NCBI GenBank assembly: GCA_964016885.1
Contig: OZ024742.1
Span: 356,314,001 to 356,378,000 of the forward strand
Origin: Eledone cirrhosa
Lineage: Eukaryota
Direction: 5' to 3'
Length of the DNA stretch: 64,000 nucleotides
Positions 53,585-64,000 of the stretch are shown here, in pieces; positions within the stretch are counted from its first letter, which is position 1; each line of letters opens with the position of its first letter. The notes beneath the pieces are model-generated. The model did not search any database. It saw only the letters and a list, made by a program, of their open reading frames with translations, and had not been told where the DNA came from. The translations under genes and the position numbers were made by a program.

Positions 53585-54096
53585 TATAACACAAATATAA
53601 ACACATATAACAATCAACCTCGTCATCCACTGAGGTAATTTAGTGAGTGTGTTGGCTTGTCTAATAGTGTTCCATTGACCTTTATGATGTGTGGCCGGTT
53701 GTTGCACTTGGTGGTCAATTGATGCTCGTTATCGTTTTTATTTTTGCTTCCTCCCTTTTCTTTTTCTTTTTTCTTTCTGTTCTCATTTTTCTTTTTCTCG
53801 CTCTGGTCATGTGTTTTGTGTTTTTTTGTGAAGCTCTAATAAATAAATGTTAAATAACGTGAGTTGGTTAGAGGTGAGGTCATAAAAGCCTCTACTTTCA
53901 CTAAGTGGATGAGATATACATCTTTGCTGCAGAATATGCCTTAGTCACTTGCAGATAATATTTCTGATAACTCTGTTATTTCCTATAACAATGTGAACTA
54001 AATACTCTGGCTAAGCAACAAACCTATCAAATATACTATTACCCCACCCCCGTGATCTATATCATGAGTTACGAAAAATATTGGAAATTTCTGGGG

Positions 54097-54262
54097 TTTA
54101 TCCTTTTTTTCTTTTTCTTTTTTTATCTTTTTCTTTCTTTTTCTCTTTTTTTCTTTTTCTTCTTCTTTTTCTTTCTTTTTCTCTTTTTTCTTTTTCTTTT
54201 TTTATTTATTTTTCTTCTTTTCTTTCTTTTTCTTTTTTTCTTATTTTTTTCTATTTTTTTTG
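54097..54262. repeat. T-rich polypyrimidine low-complexity tract
   Basis: Directly visible. Confidence 0.9.
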
Positions 54263-55399
54263 TTGCCTTGTTGATTTCCGTACTAAACATTTACAGACAG
54301 ACTATTTTAGTGTTTCCCTCTCATAAATATTTGATGGCTGTTTTTTTTATCATAAAATATACACTGATCTAACTTTGTTTCAAGATATATTAAATTAAAC
54401 ATACATGATTTTCACAGTTGATAAATGACTTGATGTTAGGGGCATTGTCTGCAGGGATGATTTGCAAAGTACCAGTAAAATACTGATTCGATTTATATGT
54501 CTACATCTAGCTCTACAACATTTATCTTCGTTCTATATCATATCATCTGAATACAGATCATATATACTTCACTGAGCTATGTAGAATAACTGAAGCTTTG
54601 CATTTACTCATATTCTGAATGAGTGTATAGACTAGAACATTTATTTATAGTATTCTGCTCAGCTGAATATATATAATGACACTCTATACCTTGTATTGAT
54701 CCCTTCCTTTCTTCTTTATTACAATCAACACCACACACACACACACATATATATAATGTGTGTTTGTGTTTATAGAGAAAGAGAGCTAGAGAGACAAGAA
54801 ATAGTGTTATATAAACAAGATGTGGGCCCCCAACCTACCCAAGCATGCTTACATACACATATATATACATACATTCCTACATACATACATATATATATTC
54901 ACATATATACATACATTCCTACATAGATACATACATACATAGAATAGATTATGGTAGGGTTTGATATGTTTTGTGTTCTGGTTTGTCTGTGTTATAGTTA
55001 GTTAGTATAGTTATAGAGTTAGTTAGAATAGTTCTATAGTTAGTCAGAAACTTTTTATAGTTAGTTAGTTGATTCTATGGTTAATATAGTTAGCATTTGA
55101 TTTCTTTTTTTTTGTGTAATTTGTGTATTTCAATAGGTATTAAGTCTGTATTTCAACATCCTCCTCCTCCTCCTCATCATCATCAACATCATCATCATCA
55201 CCATCATCACCATCATCATAGATTGTCTACTTTTCATTCTTGGTAATCATGTACTGAGCCTATACTGATCAGGTGATCATGACTTGCTCATATACTCCAT
55301 TTTGGGGTTGGTTTCTATGGTGGGATGCCCTTCCTAATTCCAACCACTTTACAACTTGCACTTGAGGAATTATTTTGTGACTCCAGCACTATGTTTATA

Positions 55400-56040
55400 G
55401 AATGGACTGGGCGCTATTTTGTGGCCCCAGTACTACCACCTTACACGGTAGACTGAGCATTTTTGTGACTCCTGCACTACCACCTGACAGGCTAGACTGA
55501 GCATTTTTGTGACTCCTGCACTACCACCTGACAGGGTAGACTGAGTGTTTTTGTGACTCCTGCACTACCAGCTGACAGGGTAGACTGAGTGTTTTTGTGA
55601 CTCCTGCACTACCAGCTGACAGGGTAGACTGGGTGCTTTTGTGACTCCTGCACCACCACCTGACAGGGTAGACTGAGTGTTTTTGTGACTCCTGCACTAC
55701 CAGCTGACAGGGTAGACTGGGTGCTTTTGTGACTCCTGCACTACCAGCTTACAGGGTAGACTGAGCATTTTTGTGACTCCTGCACTACCACCTGACACAG
55801 TAGACTGAGCATTTTTGTGACTCCTGCACTACCACCTGACAGGCTAGACTGAGCATTTTTGTGACTCCTGCACTACCACCTGACAGGGTAGACTGAGTGT
55901 TTTTGTGACTCCTGCACTACCAGCTGACAGGGTAGACTGAGTGTTTTTGTGACTCCTGCACTACCAGCTGACAGGGTAGACTGGGTGCTTTTGTGACTCC
56001 TGCACCACCACCTGACAGGGTAGACTGGGTGCTTTTGTAG
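55400..56040 (-). repeat. 44-bp tandem array (~15 units) inside an RTE-derived non-autonomous element (~55160-56076)
   Basis: GACTG marker every 44 bp from 55451 to 56023; preceded by GGATGCCCTTCCTAA and a (CAT)n tail. Confidence 0.92.
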
Positions 56041-56594
56041 TGTGACCAACAATATGGGACAGAAAGTGTGGAGTGTATCTGGTTTTGCATGCATGTATGG
56101 ATTAGACAGAAAAGAGTTATCAGATTGTTAAAGGAGGGGCAGTATATAAATGTATTATTCAGGATGTTTCACGCAATACTATTTCCTAGGACATCATTTA
56201 ATTTCCCGATATCTTTCAGTGTATCCATTACGACAAGTATCTGGTGTATATCATGTCTATATTGTGGTGTAAATTTCTTCTCTATTTGTGAAGAAATGAA
56301 AAGCAGTCTTTAATAACTGATCTATACTATAATTTAGCATACAGAATAGAACAAATATGACTCCATTATAGATATAAACATGCAGATTGAAAAGGATACA
56401 TCATGTCTATATATATAAAAGACAAATACATATATACACTTATATAGAAGACGCCACTAAATATCACACTTTTTGAAGAACATTGAAACACTAGGGAAGC
56501 TATTCAATGAAGAATTACAATAACTTGTTTCTAAAACACTCACATTTTAGGGTAGAGAGGGCTCTTTACGTTGGCCAAAATTATAATAACCTCT

Positions 56595-56820
56595 CTAGTG
56601 CTGGTGCTGCAAAAGAATACACCCAGTACACTCTGTAAAGTAGTTGTGCTGTGTCACAATAAAATGTACCCAGTACACTCTATAAAGTACTTGTGCTGGA
56701 GTCACTATAAAATGTATCCAGTACAGTCTGGAAAGTAACTGTGATGGGTCACAATAAAAGGCACTCAGTACACTCTGTAAAGTAGTTGTGCTGGGTCACA
56801 ATAAAATGCACCCAGTACAT
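56595..56820 (+). repeat. ~45-bp tandem array (5 units) of the same motif; host element resumes at 60036-60200
   Basis: GTGCTGGGTCACAATAAAATGCACCCAGTACACTCTGTAAAGTAGTT-like units. Confidence 0.82.
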
Positions 56821-56921
56821 ATTATGATGTTCCCTGCTGTATTAGCGATAAATTTTCGAGGGTTTCTCTTAGTAGTTTTTCATGACGTTATTATTGTTAA
56901 TTTTACTGATGTAGTATTATC

Positions 56922-59735
56922 TTGGATATTTACCAAGTGTACAGGGTAAATGCAAGAATCATTAAACTCAGACTAGTCCTGAATAAGACAATTACCACAA
57001 TAATATCAGCTTACGCACCCCAATCGGGGCTGCCAGACGAACTTAAGGATAGGTTTTACGAGTCCCTAATACACACTACTGCTCTAACAGACGACAAGGA
57101 CTTCCTAATCATTGCAAGAGATTTTAACGGACACGTAGGTAAACACTGTGACGGCTTCAATAGAGTACCTGGAGGCCATGGAGTTGGCACAAGGAATGAG
57201 GAAGGATTCAGATTTCTAGAATTCTGCGACGCCAATGACATGTCGATATGTAACACAAACTTTAAAAAACCCGACAACCACCTGATCACCTATAGATCAG
57301 GGGAGCACTCTAGTCAGTTAGATTTTATCCTCATCAGAGGACGTGACAGATGGACGGTCGTAAACACAAAAGCCTTCCCTAGTGAGGAATGTACATCCCA
57401 ACATAGCTTAGTTGTCAGTGACCTCACGGTCAGAACTAGACGAGCCCTGAAACAGAGGCCAACCTGGAGAAGAAAGATCTGGAAGCTGAAAGTCCCCTCA
57501 ACCAGTAACATATTTAAAGATATTTTACTCAACGCCTACGACAGTAAAGAAGAACAGATACAGAGATTTAACGTAGAAGAGAACTGGGAGTTCCTAAAAA
57601 ATAACTTACTAGAGGCGACGGATGAGGTTTGTGGCTGGAGTAAGACCTCAAGCAGGAGGAGAGTGACTTGGTGGTGGAACAATAAGGTAGATGAAGCAGT
57701 CAAGGCCAAGAGACAGGCATGGAAAGAATGGAAGAACGGGGGGAGCAGGGTACATTACATAGAGACCAAGAGGGAAGCTAGGCGACAAGTATACTTAGCT
57801 AGGAGGGAAGCAGAGGATAGAAAATTCAAGCATGTTTTACAACGTGAGGACCAGAAACAGGAGGTATTCAAGATTGCGAGGCAGTGTGTCAGAGATAGTT
57901 GTGATGTCATTGGAGAGAAGTGTATCCTGAATGATAAAGGTGAGCTTGCCCTCACAAGTGCTGAGAAGAAAGATGCATGGAAGAGTCATTATGATAGATT
58001 ACTAAATGAGGAGAATGCATGGGAAGAAGAGACCCTACCCCACGTAGACCCTATAGAGGGACCAGCAGTACAAGTCAGCGGCAGCGTAGTAAGTAAGGCA
58101 ATCAGAGATATGAAGATAGGGAAGGCAACCGGTCCATCGGGTATAGCTGCCGAGATGCTGAAGGCATCTGGGTCTGTAGGTCACACTATAACCACACGTA
58201 TCGTTAACCAGGTAATACTAGAGGGGGCCATACCAAAAGATTGGTGCAGTAGCATCATTGTCAACTGCTACAAAGGTAAAGGCGATGCACTAGATAGAGG
58301 AAACTATAGAGGTATAAAGTTGATGGACCAGGTCATGAAAGTAACAGAAAGAGTTATAGCACAGCTGATTAGGGACCGGGTGAATATAGACGAGATGCAA
58401 TTTGGGTTTGTACCAGGGAAAGGCACCACTGATGCCCTCTTCCTTGTGAGGCAATTACAGGAAAAGTACCTAGCTAAAAGTAAGCCACTCTACTTGGCAT
58501 TTGTCGACCTTGAGAAAGCCTTTGACAGAGTTCCACGTGCAGTAATCTGGTGGGCTCTTAGAAAACTAGGAGTAGATGAATGGCTTGTGAAAGCGGTACA
58601 AGCCATGTATAGGGGAGCAGTCAGCAAAGTTAGGATTGGCAATGAGTATAGCGAGGAATTTAGCGTACAGGTTGGGGTCCACCAGGGCTCTGTTCTTAGC
58701 CCTCTCCTGTTCATCATAGTCCTGCAGGCAATAACGGAGGAGTTTAAGACCGGATGCCCATGGGAACTCCTGTATGCTGATGACCTCGCACTCATAGCTG
58801 AATCTATGGTAGAACTAGAGAATAAATTCCAAACCTGGAAGCAGGGACTAGAGAGAAAGGGCCTCAAAGTCAACATGACAAAGACTAAGGTCCTTATAAG
58901 TAGACGAGAAAACAGAACCCAGATCCCCTCAGGGAAATGGCCTTGCTCAGTATGTAGGAAAGGTGTAGGTAGGAACTCCATTCTCTGCCCCAAATGCAAA
59001 CAATGGGTACACAAGAGATGTAGCGGGATCTCAGGAAGCTTAATTAAGAATGTAGGATTCACATGCAGCAGCTGTGCTGAAACAGCAAGCAAACAGCCAC
59101 AGGAAACAAGTACCACCAATCTCTGGGAGGGCCCTGTAGAAACAGTAGACAGCTTCTGCTACCTAGGTGACCGAATTAGCAACGGAGGTGGGTGCTCAGA
59201 AAGTACAATAACTAGGGTAAGAACGGGATGGAAGAAGTTTAGGGAACTACTACCACTGCTAGCTGCAAAAGGCTTCTCCCTCAGAATGAAAGGCAGACTG
59301 TATGATGCGTGTATCCAAACAGCGATGTTGCATGGTAGTGAGACCTGGGCGCTGAAGGTGGAAGACTTACGTAGATTAGAGAGAAACGAAGCCTGCATGC
59401 TCCGATGGATGTGTAACAGTAATATACGTGAACGACAAAGCATAAAGGAATTGAGAGAGAGACTGAGCATAAGAGGAATCAAATGCTGCATGCAGGAGAG
59501 GCGGTTACGCTGGTATGGACATGTGATGCGTATGAAGGATGACAGCTGCATAAAAAGGTGCAGAGCACTAGAAGTTGATGGAAACCGCGGAGTGGGGAGA
59601 CCCAAGATGACTTGGGATGAGGTGATAAAAGCCGACCTTACCCAACTACACTTCTCAAAGTCAATGACACACGACCATGACTTCTGGCATCACGCAGTAA
59701 TACAGGGTACCCGACCTCCCATGGGTACATGCTGA
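56922..59735 (+). CDS. RTE ORF: partial APE endonuclease, reverse transcriptase and embedded PHD-like finger (no natural start)
   Basis: 937 codons without a stop; SAYAPQ, RDFNGH, SQLDF, NYRGIKL, FVDLEKAFD, GVHQGSVLSP, YADD (58773), YLG, WYGHVMRM; N-terminal APE part (QETR) missing. Confidence 0.85.
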   Translation: MDIYQVYRVNARIIKLRLVLNKTITTIISAYAPQSGLPDELKDRFYESLIHTTALTDDKDFLIIARDFNGHVGKHCDGFNRVPGGHGVGTRNEEGFRFLEFCDANDMSICNTNFKKPDNHLITYRSGEHSSQLDFILIRGRDRWTVVNTKAFPSEECTSQHSLVVSDLTVRTRRALKQRPTWRRKIWKLKVPSTSNIFKDILLNAYDSKEEQIQRFNVEENWEFLKNNLLEATDEVCGWSKTSSRRRVTWWWNNKVDEAVKAKRQAWKEWKNGGSRVHYIETKREARRQVYLARREAEDRKFKHVLQREDQKQEVFKIARQCVRDSCDVIGEKCILNDKGELALTSAEKKDAWKSHYDRLLNEENAWEEETLPHVDPIEGPAVQVSGSVVSKAIRDMKIGKATGPSGIAAEMLKASGSVGHTITTRIVNQVILEGAIPKDWCSSIIVNCYKGKGDALDRGNYRGIKLMDQVMKVTERVIAQLIRDRVNIDEMQFGFVPGKGTTDALFLVRQLQEKYLAKSKPLYLAFVDLEKAFDRVPRAVIWWALRKLGVDEWLVKAVQAMYRGAVSKVRIGNEYSEEFSVQVGVHQGSVLSPLLFIIVLQAITEEFKTGCPWELLYADDLALIAESMVELENKFQTWKQGLERKGLKVNMTKTKVLISRRENRTQIPSGKWPCSVCRKGVGRNSILCPKCKQWVHKRCSGISGSLIKNVGFTCSSCAETASKQPQETSTTNLWEGPVETVDSFCYLGDRISNGGGCSESTITRVRTGWKKFRELLPLLAAKGFSLRMKGRLYDACIQTAMLHGSETWALKVEDLRRLERNEACMLRWMCNSNIRERQSIKELRERLSIRGIKCCMQERRLRWYGHVMRMKDDSCIKRCRALEVDGNRGVGRPKMTWDEVIKADLTQLHFSKSMTHDHDFWHHAVIQGTRPPMGTC

Positions 59736-60035
59736 AGCATATAAACAATATGCCCCCCCCCCCCACCGCAAGGTGGTCGTGGAGGTGCCACGGCAAAAAA
59801 GCACCCAGCCCACACTGTAAAGTGTACGTGTAGGCGCCACGAAAAAGCACCCAGCACTCACTGTAAATGAGGTTGGTGTTAGGAAGGGCATCCAGCTGTA
59901 GAAATCAAGCCAGATCAGTTCCTGTATGAGCAAGGCATGGTCAGCCGACCAGACACTGCCCACAACAGGACAACCCGTCTAACCCATGCTAGCGTGGAAG
60001 AACGGACGTAAAACGGTGATGATGTGATGATGATG
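56938..60035 (+). mobile_element. Young 5'-truncated RTE LINE (copy 4)
   Basis: Collinear with copy 2 from ~43243; 3' UTR and (GAT)n tail. Confidence 0.96.
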
Positions 60036-62018
60036 ACACTCTATAAAGTGGCTGGTACTAGGAAGGGTATCCAATCACAGAAACCAGCCAACTGATGAAC
60101 AAGATGTAGTCCCCCAACTAATCTAGTCTTAGACTATGACAAACTGTCTAATCCTTTCAGCATGGGAGGCAGATGAGGATTGGTGATGAAGATAATAATG
60201 TTTTAAATAGTTCAAACAGAATCCTGATGTTTTACATTTCTTTGATTACCTTAGACAATGTTTCCATCAATTTGCCAATAGAACATTCAGCAATCTACCT
60301 TGATTTGTTATACCAACTCTATTCCATTCATAGCAATGTCTATGAAGGACTGTAGCCTTTAGTTTGCATGTTTAAGCCTAAACTATTTGAAGAACGGCTT
60401 ACTGAGAATTTTACTAACTCTCATACAGATTGGGGTTTCTCCAACTAGAGCTGATACTTCTCTGCTTGAAAGATAACAGCTCCAGTACTATTGATATATG
60501 ATTAAGATGTCTAAGGAAAGAATTATTGGTCGGATGAGATTTTACTGGCAAACTCACAAGCTAGTTGATGACCAAGATTGTTAGATAACAACCATATCTC
60601 TGGTTGGTCTTACTTGGGGATCCAGCTAGATCATTTGGAGATGTTTACTTCTGATAATGATACCAACATTGATTTCAAGTTAGTTGTTCAAAGCACATTT
60701 ATCTGTGTTTGGTATAAACTCTTTTGTTACCAGAATTTCTAATGAAACCCACTGTCTATGTGTTTCATTTAATTTTGAAATTTTGAAGAATTTAATGAGA
60801 TGTTTAATTACTTCTTTAACTAAGCTGTTGACTGAAACATGACTTAAATTGTATTAAATGCAATTATGATGGAAGTACAAGTACAAGGGTTGGGTGGAAA
60901 TTTCAGTGGCTGACCAAGATACTCTCATGAAATGATCAAATGAGATTGAGTGAAAAACATAGTCTCTAGAAAGAAACAATACAGTTATTAATAAGAGGAG
61001 TTGAAATTAATGCATGCAAGATTTTACAGCCTAACATCATGCCATCATAGTCATCCTATGATCTTTTCAAAAATCCCTTCTATAAACATTTTAAAGCAAG
61101 CCATTGTGTATCATAAAACTAGTAAAGTTTCAGAGTAGTCAAATTTTCTGATTTCAGTCTAGCTCATTTCTATTGCCCTATCTTCAAAATGTTGCCATAT
61201 GTCAATACTGTTGGCTGCCAAAGGAATTATGCTCACAACATCTTATGATTATTCCCTTTCTTTTTTTTCTACCCTTCTTTTATCAATAGCCACTTTTGCT
61301 CTGCATTCTTAATTCTCTATTACCTCACTTGATATGGTCCTTGATATGGTCATCATCAACTACTTCCCAATTCAATTAATCTGGATCTTGCTTCAAATTC
61401 TGACCAATTCGAAACCTTTCTACTTATATACTGTTCACACTAGCTATATGATACTACTCTTTTATTTCTTTTATTTATTGATTCCCAATTTTGAATCCTA
61501 AACATCTAAATTGTTTTTTTCTCTATCTGAAGAATTATATGTTCCCAAAATGGATATTGCCATTTCTCGTGGAAAATCAAATCACTAAACACTTGTATGA
61601 TCTCTTTATGGATTAAATTTTGTTGATTCAAACCATTACCAACTTCCTTATATTCACAACCTTATCATATATTAATACTGCTGGTTACTAAAGGAATTAT
61701 GTTCTCTATATATCTTGGTAGAAAGACATTATACAGAATTTCACAAAAGAAAGTATTAATTCAACTATGGAAATTTGAATTTTAAGCAGATGTATTTATC
61801 TTGCGAAGGACATTAAACCAGACCAAGGTTTTGTATCTCATTAATTGTTCTCTTAATTATTACTTACCATTTTAATGCAAAACTAGGATAATTAAAAAGC
61901 CTTTTTATTTCTGTAGATAACACATATATATAATATATCATTCATGCTTTTTCTTGGTATCACAAATTAACTCCTAATATGTATATCCAGATATATGTTA
62001 CTGATTCTGATATGTATA

Positions 62019-62054
<36 letters not shown>

Positions 62055-63280
62055 GTTGTAGTTTGCTTGAAGCATTGTTGAATAGAAATACAACTAGGAA
62101 AAAAGTTTGGTTATTCAGAAGGTTGACAATACATGTGAAGTAAAAGTGGCAAGGTAAGAATTTGAGAAGATAGAGAAAAATAAAAGAACTGTGATAAAAG
62201 AGGGATGGGTGATAGAAAGTTACCTTAGCAACTTTAATGATCACAAATATTTTCAGATTTCTATCAATTATCAAGGAGAATCTGTTGAGGGTGATATCAT
62301 CATCATCATGATTGTTTAACGTCTGATGATGGTGAGAGAAACCTGAAAAAGATTATGGGTGGCTGGTCAATTTAATTTGAATGAAAAAAGAAGTTAAAAT
62401 GTAATGTTTGCACATGTGTGTAAGGAAAAACGTGAGTATGTGTATGATATATGTGTATGTGTGTATCTTTGTGAGGATCAAATTTTAGGGTAACAGAGTA
62501 AAAGGTGTGTGAGTGTAGATGGTCTGCTAGATGGCCACTCAAAGACAGTAAGGAATGTTCATGCTGTTAGCATTAGTAGTGTTGTACTATTCTAGCAAAC
62601 AAATGTTCATTAGACCAGGAAGTTGGGATGTTGGTGTAATGTTATAACTTGTCCAACCTAAATATACCATCGTGCCAACATCCACTATCTCTGCTAGCTA
62701 GGTTTGCACTACTTTACATAGACCAAGTTAGTAGAGAAGTGGAGCTAATTATCTCCCAGCCACGCCAGGGGTCTGATGTAAAGAGCTATTCAGGGAAGTC
62801 AATGACCAACAACCTCTTTTGTACTGATGCCATAACGAAATGCAGCCAGTACACTCTGAATGTTTGTTTCCCTCGTGTAAGACACGTAACTGCCTACTTT
62901 AGAATATCTAAAAAGCAAAATAGGAAGATTAGAATTCAGTTGTTTGCAATAACATAGCGGCTACATAAATGCATTCATGAGTTTTATATCAAATAATGAT
63001 AATATTCAATTCGTTTGCAGGCAAACAGCCTCATGTTTTAGATGGCCATCGCCATCCTTTCATTGTAGCGATAATAGAGAGAAACAATTGACAACAAGGT
63101 TGTTTCTAGATTATTGCCATTTGTCAAGATTGTGTATCTCTCTTAATAATCCAGAAACAATATTGTCAATTTTTTTCTGTCACCACTAGCACAAAAGGAA
63201 GGCAATGGTCAACAAAAAAACATAGCGTAATGAGACTGTTTGCTTGCACACATTGAATATTATTATTATTTGATATAAAG

Positions 63281-63472
63281 ATGGTGGATTGGAGGTTTTG
63301 GTAGAGCGATGGACGCCATGCTTTAACACATAGAGTTATGGCCCTTGCCATTCTGAGTTCAAATCACGCCAAGGTTAACTTTGCCTTTCATCTTTATGGG
63401 GTCGATAAAATAAAGTACCAGTAATACACTAGGTAATTGCTGGCCTTGTGCCAAAAGTAGAAACAATTATTA
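63281..63472 (+). mobile_element. Deu/Nin-domain SINE
   Basis: Family match. Confidence 0.86.
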
Positions 63473-63485
63473 TTTGATATGAAGT

Positions 63486-63717
63486 GCGATGGATTGGCAG
63501 TATCGGTAGACGGTCAGACGCCATGCTTTTCAGCATAGAGTTACGGCCCTTTATGATCTGAGTTCAAATCCCGCAGAGGTTAACTTTGTTTTTCATCCTC
63601 ACAGGCTCAATAAAATAAAGTACCAGTCATGCACTGGGGTCGATTTAATCAACTTTCCCCTCCCCCAAAATTGCTGGCCTTGTGCCTATATAAGAAACCA
63701 TTGTTATTGTTGTTGTT
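63486..63717 (+). mobile_element. Deu/Nin-domain SINE (long variant)
   Basis: Family match with the GGGGTCGATTTAATCAACTT segment and (TTG)n tail. Confidence 0.86.
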
Positions 63718-64000
63718 GCAAATTGACACACCTCTTTCGACTCTAAGTAGACCCAGGATCATAGTTATCCTATATCCCCCCACCTTTTCTTTTAAGATGA
63801 TAAATTTGCCTCTAAGAGAGACTTGACTGATGTTTGTAAAAAGGTCAAAGAAACCTGTTTGTTATGACTCCCTTATTATAACTCCCTTTTTGATTCCATA
63901 AAAGTTCAAGTTTAAGGATGGTATTCCAATGTAAAATCAATTGCTCCTTAAAATAGAAATCACACCTGTATTAGCTAAGGAATATAGAAGATACACATAC

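Noticed and set aside
55400-56040. CRISPR-like array
   Set aside because: Contiguous tandem units with no unique spacers, no cas genes and a eukaryotic context.
43360-59605. Antisense ORFs over the RTE copies
   Set aside because: Shadow frames of the RTE coding strand.
61868-61910. Possible minus-strand micro-exon (IKRLFNYPSFALK) with CAG/GTAAGT boundaries
   Set aside because: Isolated, with no homology I can recognise; could be chance in AT-rich DNA.

Overview
AT-rich eukaryotic genomic DNA made almost entirely of repeats; no host protein-coding gene can be supported. The mix of long (TA)n tracts, Deu/Nin-domain SINEs and RTE LINEs with (GAT)n tails suggests an octopus or other coleoid cephalopod (inference). 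Bases 1-17,200 are a (TA)n tract packed with retroelements. Three Penelope-like elements (PLEs; RT and/or GIY-YIG) are each built as an inverted repeat with a type I hammerhead ribozyme (HHR) motif in both arms. The tract also holds a Tx1/L1-like 3' fragment with a tail-to-tail duplicated end and an internally deleted RTE. Bases 17,200-64,000 hold four large RTE LINE copies (one with an uninterrupted 937-codon frame), all with a C4HC3 PHD-like finger inside the RT region. They also hold about 20 SINEs, CR1 fragments, two hAT-like MITEs, a GT-rich minisatellite and a 44-bp satellite derived from the RTE UTR motif. The most interesting signals are the recurring fold-back geometry of HHR-bearing PLEs (including two orphan palindromes breaking at HHR stem II) and the PHD finger embedded in the RTE reverse transcriptase. 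Most ORF-track entries are microsatellite or antisense artefacts.
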